NCBI GenBank assembly: GCA_019057815.1
Contig: JAHLWR010000010.1
Coordinates: 32,001 to 96,000, forward strand
DNA length: 64,000 bases
Direction: 5' to 3'
From: Candidatus Heimdallarchaeota archaeon
GTDB taxonomy: Archaea > Asgardarchaeota > Heimdallarchaeia > Heimdallarchaeales > Heimdallarchaeaceae
Both the position numbers and the translations under genes were made by a program. Under the pieces are notes generated by a model. That model was not told the origin of the DNA and made no database searches. It saw only the letters and a list, made by a program, of their open reading frames with translations. Position 1 is the stretch's first letter, and every line of letters starts with the position of its first letter. Of this stretch, positions 27,967 to 37,938 are shown piece after piece.

Positions 27967-28965
27967 GTGGCAGCAATTTCAGTTAAAAACAATAAATTTG
28001 CTAATATTGACAAACAAAATTCTTTAGTTATTGATGTGACCTATAAATGTAATTCTAGCTGTTATTACTGTCAATGGGGAGAATCAAGGAAATCGTCAAA
28101 GGAAATAAATTATGAGAAATTACTTGTTCCTGAAAAAACTTTGTCATCTATAGGTATTGAGCGAGTTGTTCTTTCAGGAGGAGAACCACTTCTTCATAAT
28201 AGAATAATAGACATAATAGATTATTACAACCAGAAAAAAGTTGATTCCATTATCTTATTAACAAATGGAATATTATTAGATCTGTCAAAACTTCAACTAT
28301 TGTTAAAGCATGGAGTGACTGGAATGACTTTCTCAATTGATTCACTTGATTTTGAAGTCATGAAAAAATCCAGAAACGTTACAAAAGAAGTACACCAAAA
28401 AATTATCAATAATATTAATTCGATTGTGAAATTTCGAGAAACCAAAAGTTTTGAATTGGGAATAAATTGCGTTATCTCCTCTTCCAATTTGCGTTGGGAT
28501 TATCTTCATCCTCTTGTTCAGTTTTGTAATCAAAACAACATTGATTGGCTGAAATTTCAGCCAATTTTTGACGATGGTTATCTATCGTTAAATGCACCTC
28601 AACTTAAACTGAGTAAGAATCATTCGGAAGACGTCATTGAAATAGGAAAAAAGATACTAAATTTTGCAACAATAAACACCAATAGTATAGAATTCTGGAA
28701 ATCACTTTCATCGGTTTTGCATGGTAAAAAACTTCTAGGTAAGTCATGTGGGCTAGTTAAAAGACAAACTATTCTAATTAGAGGGGATTTGAAATTTTGC
28801 TATTGGTTAGATAATCCAATTTACTCTTCATGTTCTATGGAATTAACTAAAGAGAAAATTCAAGAAATAAGAGATAAATTTAAAGATTCAAAAGAAAGGT
28901 GTAAAACAGGAATGTATTGTTTCTGTCTACAATCTTTATCACATAAATGGGATATTTCAAAATGA
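27967..28965 (+). CDS. Radical SAM protein with C-terminal Cys cluster
   Basis: CNSSCYYC, SGGEPLL, TNG, SIDS; C-terminal C..FC..C...CFC. Confidence 0.88.
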   Translation: MAAISVKNNKFANIDKQNSLVIDVTYKCNSSCYYCQWGESRKSSKEINYEKLLVPEKTLSSIGIERVVLSGGEPLLHNRIIDIIDYYNQKKVDSIILLTNGILLDLSKLQLLLKHGVTGMTFSIDSLDFEVMKKSRNVTKEVHQKIINNINSIVKFRETKSFELGINCVISSSNLRWDYLHPLVQFCNQNNIDWLKFQPIFDDGYLSLNAPQLKLSKNHSEDVIEIGKKILNFATINTNSIEFWKSLSSVLHGKKLLGKSCGLVKRQTILIRGDLKFCYWLDNPIYSSCSMELTKEKIQEIRDKFKDSKERCKTGMYCFCLQSLSHKWDISK

Positions 28966-30083
28966 ATGCTTCAAGTATTGATATCATAATTCCCTCATTT
29001 AGAGCGGATTCAGAATATCTAATTCCAATTTTCAATTTAGATAAACCTGAAAATGTCGAAATTAGATATTTTCTCATAATTGATAATCCAGAAATCGAAA
29101 TTTGTGAAACATTAAATGAATATTTAGAACACAAGAATGTTTGTGTTATAAAAAATGAAACAAATTTGGGAGCATCAGCTTCTAGAAACAAGGGTATTGA
29201 GGAAGGGACTGGGGATTGGTTACTATTTTTAGATGATGACATTACTGTAAATCGAGATTTATTAATTAAGTACATTAATGCGATTACAGAATCAGAAAGT
29301 AAAGTGCCTGGGTTTGTTGGAGTTACAGATTTTCTGGATCCTATTAATAGTTTCACAAAAGGTGTTAATGCAAGCGATATTCTTACATTCTTTCCTTTAG
29401 CTGAATATGAGGGAGAGATGTCTTGGGGTGTTACTGCTAATCTCCTGCTTAAAAGAGAAGCTGTCGGAAATTTTAGATTATAAGATGAAATATTCCCGAA
29501 ATTTGGAGGTGGAGAAGATATTGATTTGTGTTTAAATATTGTTCAACAAACAGGTATCAAATTCAAAACTATTCCTGAAGCTAAGGTTACTCACCCATGG
29601 TGGAATGATGGAAAGAGATCATATACACGATTCAGAAGATGGGCTTATGGTGACAGCATATTACCTAAACTTTTTCCGCAATATAAATATTATAATTTTC
29701 CCAATGTAATTGAATCTTTAATCTTGTTTGCCGTTTTAGGGATTGTCTTATCTGTCCTAAAACTTTCACCTATCCCTCTTATCTTATGTTTAGGTTCTGT
29801 AATTCTAGGTGAGATACTAATTGAATGGATGAAGATAATCAAAAACAAAAAGATATATTCACTAATCACTGCTTTAGAATCAGTATTAATTCGAACATCA
29901 AATGATCTAGGAAGAGCATTAGGGAACATCAAAAGGTTAAACTTCGCTGGATTTATGCAGAGATTTGATTATTTTTGTGATGGTAAGCACATTAAGAATG
30001 AAAGGATTTGGGCAGGATTGAAAACATTGTCTTATTCCATCTTTGCATCCATATTTGTTTATTCTTTTTGGGTATTATGTTAA
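28962..30083 (+). pseudogene. GT2 glycosyltransferase with C-terminal TM helices, interrupted by one in-frame TAA (29481-29483)
   Basis: ORFs 28947-29483 and 29526-30083 share a frame. Read-through gives ..NFRL*DEIFPKFGGGEDIDLC.., joining IIIP/GASASRN.G/FLDDD to the catalytic ED motif. Confidence 0.8.
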
Positions 30084-30097
30084 AGGAAAGATATAGT

Positions 30098-31456
30098 ATG
30101 GTAAACGGAATCATTATGTCCAACAATTCAGAGAACATATCAATTGATAAAATACTGCAAATGTACTCAGAAGCTAAAAAAACTAATGATTATCAATTCT
30201 GGATATACACAGGTTTATTAGCTGAGATTTTGAAACAATATCATTATTCTATTGATTGTTATACAAATGCATTAAAAATGCAAATTTCTCCATTTTTAAG
30301 AACTTCTTTAGCAAGAGCACAAGCAGGAGTAGGTCAGTGGGAAGGTTCGCTTAAGACTTTATTGTCACTTAGCGTTAGTGAGTTTTCTTCTGTAATAAGC
30401 AACTATAATCTTTGCTTAACTATAGGTTTCCTTCCATATAATCTACAAAGAAAAGTAACTCAACATTTCAAGGAACAAGGTTTGATTGTACTTGATGATA
30501 TTGAAAATCTTGAAAATGCTTTAGCTGTAAGAGAGGAAAAGTACATAAATCAAAAATACAGGGATAGTTCACAACTTCAGATCCAAACTTATATAAAGTT
30601 CTCCAAACTTTTGATTGGTGATTTTGATCCTAGAAGAATGACTGAATTTCTACAGATGGGTTACACAGAAAATATTGCTCAGAAGATTCTAAAAACCAAT
30701 CCCGAAGCAGTAGAAACTTCAATTCTACGGAAAGCTAAATTAAAAGAACATGATAGAGAATATCAGAAACTTGATAGATTGGATGGTTGGTTAACTCCTC
30801 TGGAAGGAAGGGTCTTAGCTGTTTTAGCAGAAAATGTTGAATATAATTCAGTAATTGTGGAAATTGGTAGTTGGAAAGGGAAATCATCTTGTTTTTTAGG
30901 AACTGGTAGTAGTATAGGGAAAAAACCCTTAGTATTCTGCATAGATCCTCATAATTGGACGGATAATGTTGAAGTAGCAAATACTTTCAGCTCTTGGACG
31001 AGTACCATTGAATATTTGAGTCTAGAAAATTTAGTAATAAATATTCGTAAAGAATCTGAACATGTAGCAAGAGATTTTAGTGAAAATGTAGGATTGCTCT
31101 TTGTAGATGGGGATCATTCTAGAGAATCTCTAATCATAGATATTGAAAACTGGCTTCCCAAACTAGAAAAAGGTGCTTATATTGCTTTTCACGATGCATA
31201 TTTTCCTGATGTTTTCGAAGTACTTCAAGAAAGAATATTCAGAAGTGAAAAATTCAGAATTGTTGATTTTGTTGAAGGATTATTAATTGTTCAATTTTCA
31301 CCCAATAGAAATTCAACAAGAACCTACTCTGAACTTGTCATCTGGCTATATTTTATTTACAAATCACAAATATTCAAAAAATTAGAAGATAAAAGAGTTT
31401 CAGAACTAGTAAATATTGCATTATCTTATAGAGAGAATCTACAAGCAGGAGTTTAG
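30098..31456 (+). CDS. TPR-like N-terminus + class I SAM methyltransferase (Methyltransf_24)
   Basis: DGWL...EG, VEIGSWKGKS, CIDP, LFVDGDHS, L.KG.YIAFHD. Start uncertain (30098 or 30116). Confidence 0.8.
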   Translation: MVNGIIMSNNSENISIDKILQMYSEAKKTNDYQFWIYTGLLAEILKQYHYSIDCYTNALKMQISPFLRTSLARAQAGVGQWEGSLKTLLSLSVSEFSSVISNYNLCLTIGFLPYNLQRKVTQHFKEQGLIVLDDIENLENALAVREEKYINQKYRDSSQLQIQTYIKFSKLLIGDFDPRRMTEFLQMGYTENIAQKILKTNPEAVETSILRKAKLKEHDREYQKLDRLDGWLTPLEGRVLAVLAENVEYNSVIVEIGSWKGKSSCFLGTGSSIGKKPLVFCIDPHNWTDNVEVANTFSSWTSTIEYLSLENLVINIRKESEHVARDFSENVGLLFVDGDHSRESLIIDIENWLPKLEKGAYIAFHDAYFPDVFEVLQERIFRSEKFRIVDFVEGLLIVQFSPNRNSTRTYSELVIWLYFIYKSQIFKKLEDKRVSELVNIALSYRENLQAGV

Positions 31457-31457
31457 A

Positions 31458-32144
31458 GTGAAAAACAAAGCAAGAATTAACAAAATAATAGAGAAAATAG
31501 AGAATAAGGGAGGATCTAAGTTAATTGTCATCCTTCGTCACTCAGATAGAGAAGAAATTTCAGATGCCAAAAAATCTTTTGACGTTCCTCTAACTGATCA
31601 AGGTAAGGCAATTGCTCGAATACTTGGAAATGAATTATCAAAGATTAATTCATATAGACTATATCATAGTGATGTACCTAGATGTAGAAATACGGCAAAA
31701 AGTATTGCAGAAGGAATTGAAGCAAGTCAAGGATCAGTCACCATCCTAGGAGAAAGAGATTATCTTGGTGGATTTTTCATTAAAGATTTTAATAGTGTTT
31801 TAGGATTAGCTAATCAAGTCACTGGACTTGAATTCATGCTTAAATGGTTTGCTGGAGAAATAGAGGAATCAGAAATCATACCCTTCAACAAAGCAACAAA
31901 TTATCTACTAAGTTCTTTATTAAATGAATCAAATGAGAATGAAAGAAGCGAAGTTGACATATACATAACTCATGATTGGAACATGATGCTACTCCTATAC
32001 AAGATTTTCAATTTTCAAGAGAGCAAGTTAAGATGGCCTTATTATCTCGAACCCATTTTCATTGATATCAATAATTCAGAAACACATCTCTTTTATGAAG
32101 GTGAAAAACGATTTTTAAATATAGATTTTCCAAGGAGGTATTAA
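31458..32144 (+). CDS. Histidine phosphatase family protein
   Basis: ILRHSDR, LTDQG, S.VPRC.NTA, ITHD. GTG start at 31458 is likely. Confidence 0.82.
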   Translation: MKNKARINKIIEKIENKGGSKLIVILRHSDREEISDAKKSFDVPLTDQGKAIARILGNELSKINSYRLYHSDVPRCRNTAKSIAEGIEASQGSVTILGERDYLGGFFIKDFNSVLGLANQVTGLEFMLKWFAGEIEESEIIPFNKATNYLLSSLLNESNENERSEVDIYITHDWNMMLLLYKIFNFQESKLRWPYYLEPIFIDINNSETHLFYEGEKRFLNIDFPRRY

Positions 32145-32149
32145 TAAGA

Positions 32150-32293
32150 ATGACAAAAAGTTTCATGAATTCTGCTAGGATTAATCATTTAGAACAGAAA
32201 ATTGAAAAAGTTGAAAAAACGCTCTCTGAGGTTCTAAAAAGGTTAGAAAGAATTGAGAAGGAATTAGAAAAAACCTCATCCCTAAATTTCTGA
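32150..32293 (+). CDS. 47-aa coiled-coil microprotein (not in the ORF track)
   Basis: AAGGAGGT SD at ~32132-32139, then MTKSFMNSARINHLEQKIEKVEKTLSEVLKRLERIEKELEKTSSLNF*; clear heptad pattern. Confidence 0.55.
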   Translation: MTKSFMNSARINHLEQKIEKVEKTLSEVLKRLERIEKELEKTSSLNF

Positions 32294-32718
32294 TCATAAT
32301 AGTTGGTTAATAAGATAAGATATTCTTTATCTTTTGTATATTTCTATCTCCTGAAGCATATAATTGTTTCTTCAACAACTAATCTTAGAATCGAAATTTC
32401 ACAAAATACTGGTCGTTCAGAAACAAATTTATCTGTTTTCTTGATAAATATATTTTCCATCAAATTTGTAAAATACATTTTTTGCACCTCTTACTGTTTT
32501 TGGATAGTTTGGATAAGGCTACTTCATGGAGAAATATAAAATCGACTCTCTAAACTAAATAAACTTCTTGATCTCTACAAAATCGATATATATACATGTA
32601 AACAAATATACTGTATAAATCTGTTGATCCTAATTAAACTACAAACATTCACTATTAAAAAGAAATTGTTGGGTTTAAATGCTGACCTTTTTATTAAGTA
32701 CTGTGGATAGAATCATTA

Positions 32719-33591
32719 ATGCCCAAATTAGAAGACCCAAAAGGAATGAAAGAATTTTACACAGATAACTCTGATTTGAAGCTAGATACTAGTAAAAACC
32801 TTCAAGATACATCTGACTTTGAACTTGAAGCAACAACTATTTGGTCTTTTCCTAATAGAGGTAAATGGGCTTCTCATAAAGGAGATTATCGAGGAAATTT
32901 CGCCCCTCAAATACCTAGAAATGTTATTGAAAGATATTCAAAGAAGGGAAATTTAGTTTTAGATCCTATGGTTGGCAGTGGTACAACTATTATTGAAGCT
33001 AAACTTACTGGCAGAAATAGCGTTGGTATAGATATAAACAAGAAACCTCTTGAAATTGCTAAACAAAGAATTTCTCATGTTCCGAATACTAATGGTTCTA
33101 CTCACATTTTATACTTGGGAGACGCTAGAAAACTAGATAAAATTGAAGATAATTCTATAGATTTAATCTGTACTCACCCACCCTATCTCAATATAATAAG
33201 ATATTCAGAGAATAATCCTCAAGATCTCTCATCAATTGGAAGTGTTAGATATTTTACTGACGAGATGAAAAAAATAGCTCAAGAATGTTATCGTGTTCTC
33301 AAAGGAGATAAATTTTTAGCTATCTTAATTGGTGATACTCGAAAGCACAGACATTATGTTCCACTTTCTGCTTATGTTCTGAAGACTTTTCTAGATACAG
33401 GTTTTATTCTGAGAGAAGATATCATTAAACACCAATGGAACTGTGCAAGCACTCCTCAATGGCGAAAACAGAGTATGAAATACAATTTCCATTTGATCAT
33501 GCACGAACATCTATATGTGTTTAGAAAACCAAGAGATGATGAGAACATCTCTAAATTCAAGTATAGTTCCAAAAATAATGAAATTCTTTGA
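32719..33591 (+). CDS. Amino (N4-C/N6-A) DNA methyltransferase
   Basis: TIWSFP.RG.W..H.G.YRGN, DPMVGSGTT (motif I), CTHPPY (motif IV). Confidence 0.82.
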   Translation: MPKLEDPKGMKEFYTDNSDLKLDTSKNLQDTSDFELEATTIWSFPNRGKWASHKGDYRGNFAPQIPRNVIERYSKKGNLVLDPMVGSGTTIIEAKLTGRNSVGIDINKKPLEIAKQRISHVPNTNGSTHILYLGDARKLDKIEDNSIDLICTHPPYLNIIRYSENNPQDLSSIGSVRYFTDEMKKIAQECYRVLKGDKFLAILIGDTRKHRHYVPLSAYVLKTFLDTGFILREDIIKHQWNCASTPQWRKQSMKYNFHLIMHEHLYVFRKPRDDENISKFKYSSKNNEIL

Positions 33592-33594
33592 TTA

Positions 33595-34515
33595 CTAATT
33601 GATTATTAATGATTCAAGAACTCCTCCTCTACCATTAGGATCACTGCTTATGAATCTTTTAGCATGAACATTCTTAATTTCAAATCCTTCGTATAATTCA
33701 GCAATTTTAGGAACGTTAGAATTGCTTTCCATAACATAACAACCCCTTTCATCTAGATCTTTGAATACTTTAGCTAATCTCTCTTGTTCCTTTATTCCAA
33801 AACCTTCTGAAGTGTAATCGGTGAAATAAGCTGTATCAGTTAGGGGAATATAAGGAGGGTCAAAATAAACGAAATCTCCTTCTTTAGCACCTTTTACAGA
33901 TACTTCAAAATCCTCCGCGGTTATCTCAACGCTTTGCAAACACTTACTTACATTTCTGAGATTTTCAGCGTTCAGAATCTGTATATTATCTGGATAGCGA
34001 CCGAAAGGAACGTTGAATTTTCCCTGTTTATTAACTCTATAAAGACCGTTGTAACAAGTTCGATTTAGATAAATCATTCTTGCAGCTCTTAAAACTGGAT
34101 CTTTTGGTTCGTCTGCTCTAATTGTTTTAAAGACATCTTTATCGTTTTTGTATTTTTCATTGTCTGATAATTCTTCAATAAGATTTTCGACTTCAGTTTT
34201 TACGATTTTATGAAGATTAATTAATTCTTCATTTATATCCGAGATTTTTGCTTCTGTTATTTTTCCAAGGGAAAATAAATGAAAGAAAATTGCTCCTCCT
34301 CCAAAAAAAGGTTCAAAATATTTGTTAAATTTTTTTGGAAAATGTTGAGAGTATTTCTCCAATAGCCCCCTTTTTCCACCTGCCCATTTGACTACAGGTT
34401 TCAGAGATAGATAGAAATCTGAATCACCCTCAATCTTTAACTCTTTGTAAAACTTTGATAATCTAGTTTGAAAGTTGCCGTTATTCTTGTTTGAGGTGAT
34501 TTTTTTATCATTCAT
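33595..34515 (-). CDS. dam: Dam/DpnM-family N6-adenine DNA methyltransferase
   Basis: KWAGGK, EPFFGGG, YLNRTCYNGLYRVN..G.FNVPFG, YFDPPY. Confidence 0.92.
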   Translation of the reverse strand: MNDKKITSNKNNGNFQTRLSKFYKELKIEGDSDFYLSLKPVVKWAGGKRGLLEKYSQHFPKKFNKYFEPFFGGGAIFFHLFSLGKITEAKISDINEELINLHKIVKTEVENLIEELSDNEKYKNDKDVFKTIRADEPKDPVLRAARMIYLNRTCYNGLYRVNKQGKFNVPFGRYPDNIQILNAENLRNVSKCLQSVEITAEDFEVSVKGAKEGDFVYFDPPYIPLTDTAYFTDYTSEGFGIKEQERLAKVFKDLDERGCYVMESNSNVPKIAELYEGFEIKNVHAKRFISSDPNGRGGVLESLIIN

Positions 34516-34611
34516 TTTTTGAATCAGCTTCTCCTATTCTGTTGATACTTTTGGTTTTCAATATAAAAATTATCAGTTTCAATATAGTTAGAAACAAATT
34601 GATTTAAAAGT

Positions 34612-35247
34612 ATGAAGAATCAATTTAATCTTATGAAAAAAGAGTATATGTTAAAAATTATTAAAGAACTCCCCTTTGACACTAGACATGTAGTTTACAA
34701 GCAGGAGGATCTTGAGATATACCTATGGAGACCCTCAAAATTATCAAAAAGGTTTAAAGATTACAATATCGAAACGAATTTTCAAATATGGCTAAAAGAC
34801 AAAAATAGAGAATTCAGACCAAATCATCTAAGAGTAATGATTGATCTAAATCTTAGAGTAAGAAGTAGACCAGATTTGAAAGACCAACTTCTCTTAGCAT
34901 TTGATAATATTTACTATGGTAAAGATCCTAATGTGACTTTAGATAGACTATTAGACGAAGATTTTTCTCATTCACTAAATTCATTAATAGTTATTGGTTA
35001 TCTATCTCAATTGTTTATTTTAGAACAAGAATATGGGTATCCTAGAGAGAGTAAATATAATCCTCCAACTTTATTTTATCAAGGTTGGATACGACAGTTC
35101 CTTGATAATGAACGAGAAATTGACATTCTATGCATGAGCGTTTGTAACAGACAACCTCCCAAAGTAAAATATACATCTAATGAAGATAAAAATCACCCAA
35201 AATACAGTACTGAAACAGACCTTTTATGGTACCTAAAAGGCAGTTAA
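34612..35247 (+). CDS. Hypothetical protein beside the methyltransferases (candidate R-M component)
   Basis: 211-aa intact ORF divergent from dam; no motif recognised. Confidence 0.6.
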   Translation: MKNQFNLMKKEYMLKIIKELPFDTRHVVYKQEDLEIYLWRPSKLSKRFKDYNIETNFQIWLKDKNREFRPNHLRVMIDLNLRVRSRPDLKDQLLLAFDNIYYGKDPNVTLDRLLDEDFSHSLNSLIVIGYLSQLFILEQEYGYPRESKYNPPTLFYQGWIRQFLDNEREIDILCMSVCNRQPPKVKYTSNEDKNHPKYSTETDLLWYLKGS

Positions 35248-35882
35248 ACAAACAAATGTTTTTTCTATTTCTCATTTATAACATCTATTTATTTTAAAGA
35301 AATTTTTCACTGAATGAGTGTTAATGCTAAAAAACTTATGATAAACATTAATACTTCTAAAAATAAAGTAGAAAAGTTATTTTAGAAATTTCTCAAAATT
35401 TCTTCAATATTAGAAGTAAGGATTAGAATAAAAAAAGAAAGCTAGAAAAGACTGCCTTTATGAAGAATTAATGTTTCAAGTGCCATTCTTCTCTCTTTCA
35501 TAATTTCTTCCTGCAACTTTTTTTGAAGTGTTTTTTGTGTATTCATTTTTTTCACAAATAAGCATTATCTTCTATTTAAATATCAATTGCCCACATGATG
35601 TTAACACAAATTGTTACATTTAAGCTCATAGATGAAAATGAACTTATAAAATAATAGAAACTAATGGAATTCTGCGATGAGTACAAGGCTCGAGACATTC
35701 AACCATACTTAGTTATGTTACTATAGGGAATTTACTTGGAACACTGTCTATGCATTTTACTAATTGATAACTGGAAAAGTGCATGTCTATTGTTAACAGG
35801 CACAAACATCTTTCACACAATCAACCAAAATGAGACAACATATAACCCAATAATTGTTTATATATATGAAAAATGGACTATT

Positions 35883-36515
35883 TTATTGTTTTCTACCACA
35901 ATTTTGACAGAAAACTGTATTTAAATCCAATCTAGATCCACATTCAATACAGTATTTTACTCCAACTTCAACTGGTTTATTCAATATATATGTTGAATCT
36001 GGAGTTTTAATAACTGGATGTGCTACCTGCTGGTTTTTACCCCTATTTGCTCTTATTAATATAAAGACTAATAGACCAACACCAACCAAAACTCCAACAA
36101 TTATTCCTATATTTTCCGCGCTTGAAATAACTGACACTTTAATTTTTACTGTACTAGAGAATAAGCTGTCAGTGTTATCTAAAACAATATAATATACTCC
36201 TGCTAATCCTAAGTCAATCGAATAATCTCCATCTAATAATCCCTGTCTTTGAAAGTAAGCTTGAGCTGATTGGCCTTGTACCCATTTATTGTAATTATGA
36301 TCATCCATTACGTAAACTGATATATCAAACAGGTATGCTTTTATTGACAGATCTATTGTGATATAATCAGTATCGATATCAAAATAATAACTCATATATG
36401 ACAATGGAGGAACATTAACTTCTTCATTAATTAGATCTCTTGCTGTACAGACAGGACAAGTTAACATAAAAAGCAAGAGTATATTTGTTATTAGAACAAG
36501 AATTTTCTTACTCAT
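35883..36515 (-). CDS. Secreted beta-sandwich (GOLD-like) + TM + zinc-ribbon protein
   Basis: Signal-like N-terminus, 'G.YYIVLDN', TM helix, CIECG..FCQNCG. Confidence 0.7.
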   Translation of the reverse strand: MSKKILVLITNILLLFMLTCPVCTARDLINEEVNVPPLSYMSYYFDIDTDYITIDLSIKAYLFDISVYVMDDHNYNKWVQGQSAQAYFQRQGLLDGDYSIDLGLAGVYYIVLDNTDSLFSSTVKIKVSVISSAENIGIIVGVLVGVGLLVFILIRANRGKNQQVAHPVIKTPDSTYILNKPVEVGVKYCIECGSRLDLNTVFCQNCGRKQ

Positions 36516-36701
36516 GTGAAGATCTTTCCCAAATACATTCTTACAAGTATTTTTCCTTATAAAGATTATTGGATATGTAACTTTATGGTAAAATATGTAT
36601 TTATCTTTACCATTAATGTTAGAAAAAAGGATTAATCAGCAAGCGGGATATTGTTTAGCTTAATTCTTGAAGACAAAGTTAAATATCCAAGGTTTTAACT
36701 A

Positions 36702-37439
36702 TTGTTAATGAATGTTCAAAGCAGGAAATTATTACTGTTTCTTACTGTTTTTTGTATCGTTTGTTCATCCATGACTAATGCATTTGATTATGATACTTCG
36801 TCACTCAGAGAAGAAATCACTGAGATTTCCATTCACATGTTTCTTAAAGAAGGGTACTATCATCTTGTAATAGATAATACAGGTTACGTATCAGGAGAAT
36901 ATGATCGAGAGGATTCTCTTGTAGAAATAGAAATATTTGCTATCGATGGCGAACCTGAGTATGTAAGCGATAGTCGTAATTTAGGTGCTTTTGTATATTG
37001 GGATATTCCAATTTCTACAGAAGTTTTCCTGTTTTTTACCATACATTTCATTTTCAATATAACAGCTACAAATCCAGTAACTGTCTTTTTAACAGATGAA
37101 GATGGATTCATGGATTTTGAGGAAGAAATAGAGAATTTTGATTTCAGAAAACCATCAAAGACTCTTCTTATCATTGGAATTGTTATTGGAATAGTATTCT
37201 TTGCAGGAATTACGGTAGGTTTCATAGAAAAAATCAGAAAGAAGCATGGATATGTTAAACTGGAAAAAGTTGTAGAAGTAAAAGAGATCGAAGAGGAAAC
37301 AGCTAAACCAGGTAAAGCAAAAACAATATTTTATTTCTGCGAACAATGCAACGAGGATTATATCAATAAGGTTAAAATTTGTCCTAATTGTGGAAATAAA
37401 GTGAAAAAAGTAAAAAGAGTATTAGAAGAAGTATTATGA
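36702..37439 (+). CDS. Secreted domain + TM + zinc-ribbon protein
   Basis: Signal peptide, 'GYYHLVIDN', TM helix, CEQC..CPNCG. Confidence 0.7.
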   Translation: MLMNVQSRKLLLFLTVFCIVCSSMTNAFDYDTSSLREEITEISIHMFLKEGYYHLVIDNTGYVSGEYDREDSLVEIEIFAIDGEPEYVSDSRNLGAFVYWDIPISTEVFLFFTIHFIFNITATNPVTVFLTDEDGFMDFEEEIENFDFRKPSKTLLIIGIVIGIVFFAGITVGFIEKIRKKHGYVKLEKVVEVKEIEEETAKPGKAKTIFYFCEQCNEDYINKVKICPNCGNKVKKVKRVLEEVL

Positions 37440-37533
37440 TGACATAAAACTAGATTAATAATTCTAAGTTCAGATTAGTTTTCATGGATTTCCTTTTGTT
37501 AAAATCTTTATAGAAAAGAGAAGAAGAAACCTA

Positions 37534-37716
37534 TTATTGTTCTGAAGCTGGTTTTCCTTTCATTCCCCAATGTGTTTTTGGATAGTCTTGAACAAGAACC
37601 CTAACAGATTCAGGTTTAGAACCCATTTTCACAAAAACATCTGTTATTCCTTCGATAATTTCTTTAATTTGCTCTTCTGTTCTACCTTCCCATAAATCTA
37701 CATGTACTATTGGCAT
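37534..37716 (-). CDS. 4-oxalocrotonate tautomerase family
   Basis: MP start (catalytic Pro1), EGRT.EQ, W..G; GGTGA SD. Confidence 0.9.
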   Translation of the reverse strand: MPIVHVDLWEGRTEEQIKEIIEGITDVFVKMGSKPESVRVLVQDYPKTHWGMKGKPASEQ

Positions 37717-37821
37717 TTAATCACCTTTTGTTTGATTGTGATAAGAAATATAGTGCATAATTTAAATATTTTCATTTGCATCCAAGTTAAGTTTTTAATA
37801 AACTATACTTTTTCTTGCCCC

Positions 37822-37935
37822 ATGCAATTATTTCAAGGATCAATCATCACTTGTGATACCCAAGATAATGTCTTTCAATATTTGGTTGAAGACAAAGGAA
37901 AGATTATCTATATTGGAGATCATCTTCTGAAGTAA
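37822..37935 (+). pseudogene. 5' remnant of a YtcJ-type amidohydrolase
   Basis: MQLFQGSIITCD..LVEDKGKIIYIGD then an abrupt stop. Confidence 0.45.
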
Positions 37936-37938
37936 AGG

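Noticed and set aside
29481-29483. Selenocysteine/pyrrolysine recoding or an alternative genetic code
   Set aside because: The codon is TAA, which terminates many genes here; Sec and Pyl use TGA and TAG.
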